From Octopus vulgaris (taxonomy: Eukaryota): DNA of 64,000 bases. The position numbers and the translations under genes were made by a program. The notes below the pieces were generated by a model, which saw nothing but the letters and a program-made list of their open reading frames with translations, was not told where the DNA came from and ran no database searches. Shown here piece by piece: positions 39,671 through 53,486 of the stretch (its first letter is position 1; each line of letters begins with the position of its first letter). The stretch covers positions 70,370,001 through 70,434,000 of the forward strand of contig OX597823.1 of NCBI GenBank assembly GCA_951406725.2, written 5' to 3'.

Positions 39671-39764
39671 TCAAGACCAGTGGTGTATAATAGCAGCCAA
39701 TAGTCTGGTCAGTACAGGTAATACAAATGATTATAAAGTCATGAATATTTATCAATCAATCTCT

Positions 39765-40058
39765 CTCAACTGAGACCTTTGGCAATATGCTGCACTGGAG
39801 AAGGAAGATCCATCAAGCTGAGTGAAATTGCAGACGTGGCAGATACTGGTGTCACACAATTGGTACCCATGCCGGTGGCACATAAAAGCACCCAGTACAC
39901 TCCCAGAGTGGTTGACGTTAGGAAAAGGCATCCAGCTGTAGAAACCATACCAAATCAGACTGGAATCTGGTGCAGCCCCTCAGCTTACCAGCCTTGGTCA
40001 AATTGTCCAACCCATGTCAGCATGGATAATGGACGTTAAATGATGATGATGATGATGA

Positions 40059-40062
<4 letters not shown>
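39765..40062 (+). mobile_element. RTE 3'-tail repeat
   Basis: Same family, with (GAT)n tail. Confidence 0.78.
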
Positions 40063-40102
<40 letters not shown>

Positions 40103-40420
40103 ATACAGAAACTATTGTTTGCTTGCTTGGACTTTTTGGGGTGTTGCATGCTGCTTTTTGTAAACAAATCTTCTCCAGTCATAGAAAGGGTTTTGTTTGT
40201 TTCCAGTCCTCCATAAAATTATGTCCAAGCTGTTCATTGTTTAATAAACTAGAACATTTATTATTTTGTCTGAAAAAAGGTAAAAATCAGGAAAGGCATC
40301 AGACTGGAAAAACTCTGCCTGAACACAGTCCCCTCAGACCTGTGTAAGCATAAGAAAGTAGATGTTAAAAGGATAATGATAACGAAGATAGTCAAATACA
40401 TACATATATAGTTATAGAAA

Positions 40421-42383
40421 TACAGAGGGAATCAAATAGATTGTAGCAAATTAACTAAGATGCACCTCCACATCTCTTTGGCTCAGAAAAATTTCAAGTA
40501 ATTCAACTGGTCAATTCAGCAGTCCATTCAATTAAACAGTTGTTCACTGGCCCTGGGTATCCTGCAAATCTGTATATGTAGCAAAGGCAAAATTGCTACA
40601 TAGTATTATGTGGTATAACATTTAGTAAACAAAAGTGAATGTATAGTTTTAATCATCACCACATGCATTTCAATAGTGTGGCTTAATTCATATATGAATC
40701 CATTATTAATTTGTTAAGTAAAATTATGTAAATTCATTTGTCAAAAAACCATTCTCAACAGTTTATATTGTCAAATAACTGTTCTTGTTACCTTAGCCAC
40801 TAACCACAGTTTTTCTGAGTTTGCAGCCTTCTTGAATATCATCAGAACTTTTGTGTTTAAAATCAGAAAAGATGTGATGGTCATGGAAGTTGTGAGCAAT
40901 GAGGGACATGGCATACCTCCTCACTTTTTCCCATAGGATCTTTGGGTCAATGTGACAGTCTACATCAACACAATGGAGATGGTTGTCAAGCCCTGGATTG
41001 AGAGAGTTGCTTGGTAGAAGCAGTATATGTTATTGATGAAAGGACCCTACACATTTATGTGGGAATGTATCGTCTGTGATTGAAAGAAAAAACATTTGCA
41101 GCAATAAGATAAAGTTGAGTTTGTTCAGCAACAAGAATCTCAGCAAGGCATTGAGCATTATATATCATCTCTAGGTGTCAGGGTCAACAATTAGATGTGT
41201 GGTACACAAAGACATCTGGTACAAGTCCTATGTAATGTGAAAAGGGTAGTTCATGTCCGATAAGACCCAGGAGAAACATGTGACTCTCTTTCTCTTTCTC
41301 TTTTACTTGTTTCAGTCATTTGACTGCGGCCGTGCTGGAGCACCGCCTTTAGTCGAGCAACTCGAGCCCGGGACTTATTCTTAAGTAAGCCCAGTACTTA
41401 TTCTATCAGTCTCTTTTGCCGAACCGCTAAGTGACGGGGACAAACACAGACACACAAATACACACACATACATATGTATATATACATATATACGACAGGC
41501 TTCTTTCAGTTTCCGTCTACCAAATCCACTCACAAGGCATTGGTTGGCCCGGGGCTATAGCAGAAGACACTTGCCCAAGATGCCACACAGTGGGACTGAA
41601 CCCGGAACCATGTGGTTGGTTAGCAAGCTACTTACCACACAGCCACTCGTTCAAAGTCCTTGCTAAACAAATCCAAGCACTCTGAAGAGCCTTGTTTCGG
41701 ATGAGAACATTGTTCAAGATCAAAAAATGAACAGAAGGAATGATGGATGGTTCTGCTCCAGCCTCAGTGAAGTTTCCAATGTCATGCACACCAAATTCCC
41801 ATCATCTACGATGGTCTTGGAGGTTGTGAGCAATGAGGGCCATGGCATGCCTCCTCACTGTTCCTATAAGGTCTTAGGGGGTCAATGTGACAGTCTACAT
41901 CAATACTATTGTAATGTTTGTCAAGCCCTGGATCGAGAGAGTTGCTTGAGGGAAGCAGTACAAGTTCCAGCAAGACTCCTGGCCATACAGCCTGAAGAAC
42001 CCAAGAGTAGATGGTTGAAAATTTTCATGATTATGTTACCCCTAACATTTGGCCTCCTAGCTCTCCTGATTTAAACTGTTAGACTGCTATGTCTGTGAGA
42101 TGTAGGTGAGAGGAATATCAACAAGCATGCCCACAATACCAAGGACCTGTTGATGTCTGCTATTGGAGATGTTATGGTGAAATTGAATAAAGATTACCCA
42201 ATCAATGCAGTTAGTAATTTGAGAAATGTATCAAGGTTGGTGGTGCTTTTATTGAATAACCTTTTGTTAAGTGCATATTAAAATGTGTGTACCAAATTCT
42301 ATAAAAATATATTGGTTCTTTTAAAAATATTTTTATTTCCCTTAAATTAAAATTTTCTCTTCAAATAGTTGAGGCACTCTGTA
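40421..42383 (+). mobile_element. Degenerate Tc1/mariner-superfamily element with an internal duplication and a nested SINE
   Basis: TKFPSSTMVLEVVSNEGHGMPPH, QQDS and WPPSSPDLN-like segments. 40876-41020 duplicates ~41808-41960. Weak tacagag/ctctgta termini. Confidence 0.6.
41300..41649 (-). mobile_element. SINE family A
   Basis: Reverse copy with an internal deletion. Confidence 0.82.
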
Positions 42384-42439
42384 CACACACACACATACAT
42401 GCCTACATTTGTGTGTGTGTATGCATATTTGTAAAAGAC

Positions 42440-42768
42440 TCCCTTTAGTCATGAAAGACCATGGGATTGCACCTAGAAAGTTACCCTCCGAGGCACAAGT
42501 CTGGGCAGGGTTGTTTATAGAAGACCACCCATCGCCCATACATACCAGCCTCCCTTCTCCATGCTTCTGATACTGTCCAGTGGGTAGGTAAGGGCCAATA
42601 CAGCTTGGTGCCAGTGCTGTCGCAACTCATTTCTCCAGCTGAGTGAACTGGAATTATGTGAAATAAAGTGTCTTGCTCAAGAACACAACACATTGCTCGG
42701 TATGGGAATTGAACTCACTACTCATGGCTGTGAGCCAGATGATTTAACCACTGAGCCATGCACCTTCA
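42440..42768 (-). mobile_element. tRNA-derived SINE related to 3110-3360
   Basis: Minus strand tggctcagtggtta..gagttcaattccc..ttgtgttcttgagcaagacact. Confidence 0.72.
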
Positions 42769-43144
42769 CATATTTGTATTTCTGTATGTAATTATGAATA
42801 CATGTATATATGTATGTATTATTTAGGAACCAACACAGCATTTATAGATGGAAAGACTCTACACAGTAGGGTAAAATAAATTTGATAACATTAGTTTCAC
42901 TGGTACTTTAGGTTTTGCCTCTGACAACCAATCTGGTTGTGTGAGTTGTTAAAGGTAAAATATGAACTTATTCACTACTTACCTTTAGATAAGCATTGAA
43001 TGAATTCTTGGGAACTAATGTTAGAAGTTGCTCACCTACATATACACACACCCCACAGCATTCATTCCTCAGATGTGTTATATCATTTCTCTCTATCTTT
43101 TGTACTCTTACTTCAGTGACAGCAGCTGCAGGGAGTTGGCAATA

Positions 43145-43530
43145 TCTTTTCTTTTCTACTCTAGGCACAAAGTCAAAAAAATTGGGGGAGGGGCCAGTCA
43201 ATTAGATCGACCCAGTATGTAACTGGTACTTAATTTATCGACCCTGAAGAGATGAAAGGCAAAAATCGGCCTTGGCGGAATTTGAACTCAGAACATAAAG
43301 ACAGACAAAATACCTATTTCTTTACTACCCACAAGGGGCTAAACACAGAGAGGACAAACAGATTAAGTCAATTATATCGACCCCAGTGCATAACTGGTAC
43401 TTATTTAATCGACCCCGAAAGGATGAAAGGTAAAGTCAACCTGGGCAGAATTTGAACTCAGAACGTAGCAGCAGACGAAATACTGCTAAGCATTTTGCCC
43501 GGCATGCTAACATTTCTGCCAGCTCGCTAC
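43145..43530 (-). mobile_element. SINE family B, tandem dimer
   Basis: Two reverse bodies sharing one head. Confidence 0.8.
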
Positions 43531-43774
43531 CATGCAAATTTGGCAAATATCACATTAACTCAGGCATTTCAGAATCCTGTCATCTCATGTACCAATCTCT
43601 AGACCACAAATTACTGTCCATTCATGCCCACCCTCCATTAAATTGTTGGTTTTCTGGACTGTGGGTTGAACTCACCAGTTTTAGGGGGTTATGAAGCCCA
43701 TGGGACAAAGCTCTTTACTTCACATAAATCCATAACAAAACACAAAAGAACAGAAAAACAAAATCCAGTTAGCT

Positions 43775-44136
43775 ATGTGGTGAACAAGCATACTTTGCAA
43801 CAATGTGGTTTTGAGTTCAGTCCTACTGAGCAGCACTTTGGACAAGTGTGTTTTACTCTAGTCCTAGGCCAACCAATGTCTTGTGAATGAATTTGGTAGG
43901 CAGAAACTGTATAGAGGTCTGTCATGTGTATGTGCGGATGCGTGCATGTGTGTGTGCATCTCTTTGTCCCTTTCCCAGTCATTTGAAAACTGGTATCGAT
44001 TTGTTTACATCCTTGAAACTTAGTGGTTTAGCAAAAGAGACCAATAGAATAAGTACAAGACTTACAAAATAAGTACCGGAGTTTATTTGTTAAACTAAAA
44101 CCTTTCAAGGTGGTGCCCCAGTTCAATGACCAAAAC

Positions 44137-44140
<4 letters not shown>
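43775..44140 (+). mobile_element. SINE family A, diverged
   Basis: Homology across head, body and tail. Confidence 0.72.
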
Positions 44141-44218
<78 letters not shown>

Positions 44219-44927
44219 CATACATACAATAGCACACTTATTTCTACCCTCATTTTTGCTCACTCACTCTCTCTTTCTCTTGTTAGGTAACCATGTACTT
44301 CCTCTATAACAAGACACCTAATTCTTTGTTACACTCTAACCTTTCTTCTGATACTGGATCACCTCCTCCAGTGTCTCCTCTGTTATAGCAAGACACCTGT
44401 TTCTGCTGCTCTGTCTTTCTGTCACCCTCTAACCTTTCATCCTCTGACACAAATTCCCCTGCCCTCTCATAATTCCTTGTCTTGGCAGTTACCCTGCCTG
44501 TGCTGGTGCCATGCGAAAAGCACCAAGTCCACACTGTAAAGTGGTTGTCATTTGGAAGGGTATGAAGCTGTAAAAATCATGCCCAAACTAACCGCGCCTG
44601 TGCTAGTGTCACGTAAAAAGTACTGAGTCCACTCTGTAGAGTGGCTAGTGTTAGGAATGGTAACCAGCCATAAAAACCCTGCCAAAACAGACAGAATAGT
44701 ATAGGGTAGTTGTTCTACCTGGCCAGCTCCTGTGAACTGTCCTACCCAGGCATGCATGGAAGATGGATGTTAAACAATGATGAAGATACATATATATATT
44801 ATACATACATGCGTCAATTTTGCAATTAATAAATAATTAGATTTAATCATCTCTATTTTCTTATATACATATATATACATACACATATATATATATACAA
44901 ACATATATATACATACACATACATACC

Positions 44928-44963
<36 letters not shown>

Positions 44964-45097
44964 GAGGGCATTATACATACATGCCAGAAGGCATTATATA
45001 TACATGCCAAACGCTAAGAGGGACAATTAGTCATTTCTACCAAAAATATTACTAATCCCACCGAATGCAATTTTTCAAAGTAAGACATTTAAAATAT

Positions 45098-45145
45098 AGA
45101 CCTGTATCACAGTGATTTCATACTTACGTACTCATCAGCAGGCCT
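45098..45145 (-). ncRNA. Type I hammerhead motif in the inverted partial unit
   Basis: Reverse complement of the array hammerhead. Confidence 0.82.
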
Positions 45146-45654
45146 GAATGCATTATAAATAAACAACGACCCTGCCCCGCTTAAGTCGATCAGCTAACTG
45201 TTCAACATCAACGAAGCACATATATTTTTTTAAATGTCTTACTTTGAAAAATTGCATTCGGTGGGATTAGTAATATTTTTGGTAGAAATGACTAATTGTC
45301 CCTCTTAGCGTTTGGCATGTATATATAATGCCTTCTGGCATGTATGTATAATGCCCTCTATATATAAATTAATATGTTCAATAAGAAATAATTATTTTCG
45401 AAATTTTTTCTCTTATGAGGTTTTTACGCTATCTACCTGACAATTTCTTGTTAAGTTTTCCTTATTAAGTAGTTGTCCTTAATTGCTAAATTTTTATTCC
45501 GAAAAAACTTTTCCTCTCCCGAAATGCAATTCGTAAAAGTTTGCCATTTGACCGGATGTAATATATGTAAACTCACCCATGTGCTTCGTTGATGTTGAAC
45601 AGTTAGCTGATCGACTTAAGCGGGGCAGGGTCGTTGTTTATTTATAATGCATTC

Positions 45655-45702
45655 AGGCCTGCTGATGAGTACGTAAGTATGAAATCACTGTGATACAGGT
45701 CT
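45655..45702 (+). ncRNA. Type I hammerhead motif, array copy 1
   Basis: AGGCCUG-CUGAUGA-GUAC(GUAA)GUAU-GAA-AUCAC(U)GUGAU-A-CAGGUCU; predicted cleavage after 45695. Confidence 0.87.
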
Positions 45703-46135
45703 ATATTTTTTTAAATGTCTTACTTTGAAAAATTGCATTCGGTGGGATTAGTAATATTTTTGGTAGAAATGACTAATTGTCCCTCTTAGCGTTTGGCATG
45801 TATATATAATGCCTTCTGGCATGTATGTATAATGCCCTCTATATATAAATTAATATGTTCAATAAGAAATAATTATTTTCGAAATTTTTTCTCTTATGAG
45901 GTTTTTACGCTATCTACCTGACAATTTCTTGTTAAGTTTTCCTTATTAAGTAGTTGTCCTTAATTGCTAAATTTTTATTCCGAAAAAACTTTTCCTCTCC
46001 CGAAATGCAATTCGTAAAAGTTTGCCATTTGACCGGATGTAATATATGTAAACTCACCCATGTGCTTCGTTGATGTTGAACAGTTAGCTGATCAACTTAA
46101 GCGGGGCAGGGTCGTTGTTTATTTATAATGCATTC

Positions 46136-46183
46136 AGGCCTGCTGATGAGTACGTAAGTATGAAATCACTGTGATACAGGTCT
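46136..46183 (+). ncRNA. Type I hammerhead motif, array copy 2
   Basis: Identical to copy 1, offset +481. Confidence 0.87.
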
Positions 46184-46616
46184 ATATTTTTTTAAATGTC
46201 TTACTTTGAAAAATTGCATTCGGTGGGATTAGTAATATTTTTGGTAGAAATGACTAATTGTCCCTCTTAGCGTTTGGCATGTATATATAATGCCTTCTGG
46301 CATGTATGTATAATGCCCTCTATATATAAATTAATATGTTCAATAAGAAATAATTATTTTCGAAATTTTTTCTCTTATGAGGTTTTTACGCTATCTACCT
46401 GACAATTTCTTGTTAAGTTTTCCTTATTAAGTAGTTGTCCTTAATTGCTAAATTTTTATTCCGAAAAAACTTTTCCTCTCCCGAAATGCAATTCGTAAAA
46501 GTTTGCCATTTGACCGGATGTAATATATGTAAACTCACCCATGTGCTTCGTTGATGTTGAACAGTTAGCTGATCGACTTAAGCGGGGCAGGGTCGTTGTT
46601 TATTTATAATGCATTC

Positions 46617-46664
46617 AGGCCTGCTGATGAGTACGTAAGTATGAAATCACTGTGATACAGGTCT
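46617..46664 (+). ncRNA. Type I hammerhead motif, array copy 3
   Basis: Identical to copy 1, offset +962. Confidence 0.87.
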
Positions 46665-46929
46665 ATATTTTTTTAACTGTCTTACTTTGAAAAATTGCAT
46701 TCGGTGGGATTAGTAATATTTTTGGTAGAAATGACTAATTGTCCCTCTTAGCGTTTGGCATGTATATATAATGCCTTCTGGCATGTATGTATAATGCCCT
46801 CTATATATAAATTAATATGTTCAATAAGAAATAATTATTTTCGAAATTTTTTCTCTTATGAGGTTTTTACGCTATCTACCTGACAATTTCTTGTTAAGTT
46901 TTCCTTATTAAGTAGTTGTCCTTAATTGC

Positions 46930-46961
<32 letters not shown>

Positions 46962-47383
46962 TACACAAACACATCTATATACTTTATCCACAGCTAAAAT
47001 ATATATAGAATCTCAGTGTCTAATCAGGTACTGGTGCCTGATTAGACACTATGTATATTATAGACAGCGGAATCAATCACTGCAATCTCTTGCCGTGGAT
47101 GTCTACCATTGACAAGACCAATGGAGGCCAAAATCATGTGACCAGGTAGATCTGGGGTAGTAACATACGATTATCTCTTGCTAGCAATATAACACAAGTG
47201 CTTATTTGCACCACAAGTCCAATATGAATGATTCTCTCATGATAAATAATGCAGTATTGTGTGTTCTGAAACAACATCCACTTTTAAGTGGGGATAAATA
47301 TTACCTTTGATATTAATACCAATTCTGTCACTACTAATTATATGTATACATGTAAAATACATATATTATATTTATAACATATA

Positions 47384-48647
47384 TGAGGGCAAGTCAAAAA
47401 TTATCTGCACTTTTGCCATAACATATCTTCATTATTGTCACTCTGTCTCCTATGCATGCATGCTTATAGTTGGTACTATTGTGGTCATGTGATCGAAGTT
47501 TGAGCCTGATAGGACCGTTTTTCTTTCTGGTTTTACAGTGTAAGCATGGCCACTCCACTCACACTGTGCACCAAAGAAGAACAAAGAGCAGTGATCTGAT
47601 TTCTCTGGTTGGGAGGTGTATCAGGTGCTGAAATCCATTGGAGGTTTTTAGCACAATATGAGGACAGTGCACTACTGCGTAGAAGTATGTATGAGTGGAT
47701 TGAGAAGTTTAAAAGTGGCTGGACAAGCATGACGCATAGAAAGGGAGCAGAATGCCCATCAACCTCCTCTGCTGATGAGAAGATTCAGCAAGATTGAGAG
47801 ATGGTAATGGTGAACCGGCAAGTTATTATTGGTGAGGTAGTTCATTCTCTGCACATTAGTTATGGTTCTGCCAATCAAATCATCTATGATGAGCTTGGCT
47901 TCCATAAAGTTTGTGTAAGATGGGTGCCGTCTTGAAATCTCCCAATGTTTATTTGATTGCTACAACAATGAAAGCATGAAATTTTTGGGTAGAATAGTCA
48001 CAGGAGATGAATCGTGGGTCCGTCATTATGAGGCGGAATCCAAAAGACAGAGTATGGAGTGGAAACATCTTGGCTTGCCAGCGATGAAGAAATTCAAGAC
48101 TCAGTCCTCTGCGAAAAAGGTGATGCTAACCCATTTTTGGGACTCAAAAGGGAAGACTACTTGGAAATGGCGTGTACGATCAACAGTGCAAGGTATGGTG
48201 CTTTGCTGGCTAACAAATTGAAGGCAGCAATTCACACCAAACACCGAAGCATATTATCAAAGAAAATTTTGCTGTTACATGACAATGCACGTCCACACAT
48301 GGCTGCCCAGTCCATTGAAACCATTAACCAATTGGGTTTTGAGGTACTAGAAGACACTGCCTACAGCCCAGATCTTGCCCCTTCCAACTATCATGTCTTT
48401 GAACTGCTTAAAGATGGTTTATGTGGTTTCCTATGGATAAAGATGTGAAAGAAGTAGTGCATAAGTGGTTGCACGACCAGCTGAAAACTTTCTTCTTGAA
48501 GGGAATATACAAATTTGCGGACTGCTGGACCAAGTGCATCGAAAAGGAAGGAGACTATACAGAAAAATGATGTACTTGTTTATCCCCTGCTTTTGTGTAA
48601 ATACATTTGAAAAAACAAGAGTGCATTTAATTTTTGACTCACCCTCA
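47384..48647 (+). mobile_element. Degenerate mariner transposon with both TIRs
   Basis: TA-flanked TIRs (tgagggcaagtcaaaaattatctgcac / gtgcatttaatttttgactcaccctca). Transposase motifs WVP, IVTGDESWV, HDNARPH and YSPDLAPSNY are broken by stops and frameshifts. Confidence 0.92.
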
Positions 48648-48667
48648 TATATATATATATATATATC

Positions 48668-51055
48668 CTGTGCTGGTGGCACATAAAAAGTATCATCCGA
48701 ACATGGCCGATGCCAGCGCCACCTTGACTGGCTTCCGTGCCGGTGGCATGTAAAAAGCACCAACCAATTTTGACCGCTGCCAGTTTCCCTTGGCACTTGT
48801 GCTGGTGGCACGTAAAAAGCACCCACTACACTCACAGAGTGGTTGGCGTTAGGAAGGGCATCCAGCTGTAGAAACACTGCCAGATCAGACTGGAGCCTGG
48901 TGCAGCCTCCTGGTTTCCCAGACCCAGGTCGAACCGTCCAACCTATGCTAGCATGGAAAACGGACGTTAAACGATGATGATATATATAAATAATATACAG
49001 GGTGTTCAGACTAAACTTGAAGAATTTTTATATCTCCTTTTTCAAGAACAATTTGATGTATTGGTAAACAGTTAACAATATTGGAGAGCATAAAGATTAC
49101 AGTTGCCATCATCATTTAACATCTGCTTTCCTCGCTGGTATGGGTTAGATGATTTGACTGGAACTGGTAAGCCGGAGGCTTGCACCAGGTTCTAAACCGA
49201 TTGGGTATGGTTTTTACAGCTGGATGCCCTTCCTAACAACAATCACTCCAAGAGTTAACAGGCACTTTTTATGTGCCACCGACATTGGTACCATTTACAT
49301 GACACAGGCAGCAACTACAGTTTCACTTGGCTTGATGAATCTTCTCAAGCACAGCATATCACCAAAGTCTCAATCACTTGTCATCGTCTCCATGAGGCCT
49401 AACATTCAAAGATCATACTACCGCCAATGGCCACAATTACAATTTCAGGGTTGCCATTCACATGACACAGTTGTGGTTGAGAAAAATTTGACAGAGGACT
49501 ATAAGCCATCTGAATATTGAAAAACAGTTACTGTATCATAGTGATTTACACTGTTCTGTAAAAACTGTAAAGGATGTAAGATACAGCACTGACAGCTGCA
49601 ATGGATATGTAGCTATGGTCAGCAAGAAGGGACACAACAGGTGTTCTGGCTGTGTCCACATGCAGCTACTTTTGAGTAAACTATCTCCTCGTCCTAATCT
49701 AGTTGATATTTTAAAATACTTTTACTTTTGGATGGGATAATCTTTTTCATTTCATCATCATCATCGTTTAATGTCCGCTTTCCATGCTAGCATGGGTTGG
49801 ACAATTTGACTGAGGGCTGGCGAACCAGATGGCTGCACCAGGCTCCAATCTTGATCTGGCAGAGTTTCTACAGCTGGATGCCCTTCCTAAAGCCAACCAC
49901 TGAGAGTGTAGTGGGTGCTTTTACGTGCCACCAGCACGGCGGCCAGTCAGGCAGTACTGGCAACGACCTCGCTTTTATGCAAAGGGAAATTTAGCTCAAA
50001 CACCCTCAGACTGGAGCCTAGTGCAGCCTCCTGGCTTCCTAGACTTCGATTGAACCGGCCAACCCGTGCTAGCATGGAAAACGGACGTTAAACGATGATT
50101 TATATACATACATATATATATCATCACCATTTAACATCTGCCATTCATGGGTGATATAATATAATTAAGTATCTGGTTAAATTACGAAAGTAGAAGAGAA
50201 TGTTTCCTCCAAAGAAGGAATAGATTACCACTAAAATGCTGGTTAGAGAATTGCACCACCTGCACATCTATTCTCAAACAAGCTGTTAGGGATTGCCTGC
50301 ACATTTTCTTATCCAGGTTCGGGCTTTATCTTTGATGACCTGCCTCAACCCACTACTAATATGAACAACATAGACTTAACTATTGCTGGAGTAACCATGT
50401 ATCACAATCATTATTAAGTCTTCAACTGAACTCATTGATATCTTCTGATTTAATCTCTTATAACATTCTACCTTTAAGTTCTAAAGGTATGTCATAATCT
50501 AACCAGACACCAGTTGTTTGCCTGTCAACATTATTATTCTATTATACCTGTACTAGCTTGATTGAAACATGGCCTATAGCTAATTATCATTTAAGTGGTT
50601 ATAACATCCCTGCATTTATTTTTAGTTGTAATTCAGAGAGTTTGTGCAGGAAGCCAACCCGAGTACAAATTATGTACATCTATAGTCTTACATCATCAAA
50701 TGTAATGTTACCAAAAATTTTATACTATAAGGAATATCTTGTTCTACAATGCATCATCATCATCGTTTAACGTCCGCTTTCCATGCTAGCATGGGTTGGA
50801 CGATTTGACTGATCTGGCAAACCAGATGGCTGCACCAGACTCCAATCTGATCTGGCAGAGTTTCTACGGCTGGATGCCCTTCCTAACGCCAACCACTCTG
50901 AGAGTGTAGTGGGTGCTTTTATATGTCACTGGCACGAGGGCCAGTTAGGCAGCACTGGTAGCGGCCACGCTCAAATGATGCTTTTTATGTGCCCCCTGCA
51001 CAGGAGCCAGTCCAGTGGCACTGGCAACGACCTCGTTTGAATATTTTTTCACGTG
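48668..51055. mobile_element. Cluster of RTE 3'-tail repeats in both orientations
   Basis: Copies at 48668-48980 (+), ~49108-49420 (-), ~49752-49975 (-), ~50008-50098 (+) and ~50752-51055 (-). Confidence 0.75.
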
Positions 51056-53486
51056 CAGACTTTATAAATTTCTCTCTCCAGAAACTTTTTGTTTACTTTC
51101 CATAATGACTTGTCAATTTGCAGTTAGTCTGACATGTATTTTTTTTTTAAAGAAATGGCAATTTTTTTCTTTTTACAAAAGTTAACTAAATGAAGCTATA
51201 GGACATTTAATTATTCACTTCCTAGCATTTACCTATTTATCTCACTTTAGATTTAGTAAATACCCACCTTCATTTTCAGTCCTGCGCTTGTAATATCCTT
51301 GTTGCATAAGATTATCAAAGATGTTTGTAAATGGTTCTTACATTTTACAACTCTGTGATATGCATATACAACCAGAACCAAAATTGAATATGCATCCCAC
51401 CCGCTTTTATTTTTTTTTTCAAAAATTTTTCCAGAATCCTATGTTTCAACAATGGAGATATGATTTTGCATGAAAAATAACTTTTCAAAAATTTTCAGTC
51501 CCCACTTCATAATTATTCATCTTTAACTTTCTATAAAGTCTTTTAAAAAAATTTCCTGTGAACTAAATTTGCATAACCTGTTGAGTACTTCTATGCAAGG
51601 ACAAATGAAAACTGAGGAGGGGTTACAATTGTCAGTTTAAAAAGTGTTAATGTATTGTTTCTCATAAGAAGGACAACCATATATCCCCAGCTGAGTCTGT
51701 GAGGACAGAAACGGTATGAATGAATTGAAACTTCCAAAACTTGTCTAACTCCAAGACGAAGAAAGCAGAATTATATGGATGAACACTGCTTCCACGTTAT
51801 TGCCTAATATTCTGGTGATGGTTGGGGAATAAGAATAAATGAGAATTCTTCATTTATTCAGGTGCATGTCAATATTTTGATATTCAGAGAGGGGACGATT
51901 TTAAAAATTGGAATTTTGTAAAAAAATTTTTTAAAAGGGTAAATGGGATCCGAAATCGTGTAATCTCTAGTTTTGTTTGAGGGACAAAGTAGGAACTATT
52001 TCGTTTTGTAATCCAGAGAGCGTAATTAAGTTCGCTATAATAAAATGAAAGTAAAATTATAATGTGCTCGACTAAATCCGGCAATGAAACAAATGTGGGA
52101 TGGGAACTGAATTGAGAGAACGGGATTATGTCGTACGTGACATTTGTATTAAATACAATGAACACTGAAAAAGCATTTTGCATTGTTGGCAATTAATTAA
52201 TTCATAATTCAGCGATATGTAGTAATGAACCAGGGCGTTTAGTGAAGTGGATTATGTCCTATGCTTTCTTTGATTTTACAAGACTTTAGAAGTGCATGGA
52301 TTGAGGGAGATTTAGCTTTCATTTCTAGCATACAGACTGAACAAGTAACTTGGCCTTTCTTATGTCGTCTGCTTTGTAAAGCAGACCTTCCACGCACGCG
52401 CAAATCAATGGACGAGTTTAAAAACTTCCGGAAGGTTGGTGTCGGACAGACGTGGGTGATTCTCCGTCGATGATCTTTCAATGAAATAGAAATCGGAAAT
52501 ATGCAAAAATGAATTTATCTATCCTCTCGATTAAGAGAGACGTAATCGCGAATGCTTCAAAGTAGGTTATTAAACATTATTGTACATTTCTGTTTTCATT
52601 TCTCAACAAAATCATTTAGTTAACTTATTATGAAAGGAGTTTCATACAAAATAAAACATTTCTCATTTGTAAACTTTCAAATAAAGAATTTTTATATTTT
52701 TCGAAATTTGGTCAATTTTCAGTAGGTTTTACATGCATTTTATTTTTTATAGGAAATGTTTTATTTTCTATGACGCTACCTTCATAAAGTAAATAAATGC
52801 TGATACTAAGTAATGAAAACAAGTAACTAACAATGACATTTCATAACATACTTTTTTAAGCAGTATTCGTTTCGTTTCATCAAGATAGCCACCAAGCCAG
52901 ATATAGTTTTGCATATACCCAATCTCATTTCCTTTTATGTTCAATCCCGCACTTAACACGTCCCCAAAAGATTGACTCGCAGTTTTAAAAGCGTAGAATG
53001 GAAGGGGGGAAAAAAATCATTCAAAACAAAAACATTTGCGGGAGGGAAATTGAAAATTTTAAAACAGTTGTTTTTTGAGGAAAATCACAATCTCCGTTGT
53101 TGGGAAACATTCGAATCTGTATAAATTTTTGATTAAAAACAAAACAAAAAAGGGCGGGGTGCCTTATTGGACACGTCCGCCCTACATTGTTTTGTCTTTA
53201 TTTCTTCATCACGACATTTTAGCATGGCAACATGGTGGAAAGCTGGAAGAACTGAGATACAAACTAATACTGTACACAATTATATATTCTTCTCATGCAC
53301 AATGATATATATTTTTCAGTGCATGTCAAAAAAAGGTTATAGCTTTAAAAAAAATATAAGAAACATTTAGAATGATATTCTTAATTACGTTAAAAATGTG
53401 TCCGTAATAATTATGGGATGGAAAAATGTTTGTTGCGTATTTTTTTTTTTTAATACGGAAAGTTTCGACAAAATTTTATGTTTTTT

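Larger units (their letters stand above)
44953..46931 (+). repeat. 481-bp hammerhead-containing tandem array (~3.5 units) preceded by an inverted partial unit; retrozyme/PLE pseudo-LTR-like
   Basis: CTGATGA cores at 45662, 46143 and 46624 (spacing 481). Units differ at only about two substitutions. 44953-45221 is an inverted partial copy. Both ends lie in (TA)n. Confidence 0.93.

Noticed and set aside
45221-46931. CRISPR array or ordinary satellite
   Set aside because: No unique spacers and a eukaryotic context; a hammerhead in each unit and the inverted 5' piece point to a retroelement origin.
52239-52481. Overlapping 70-80 aa ORFs downstream of HECA
   Set aside because: No recognisable homology or clear splice signals; more likely UTR or regulatory sequence.
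53385-53486. Drosophila-style stop-codon readthrough of headcase
   Set aside because: After TAA the frame stays open for only ~33 low-complexity codons, with no obvious hairpin or readthrough context, and the conserved C-domain is already complete.
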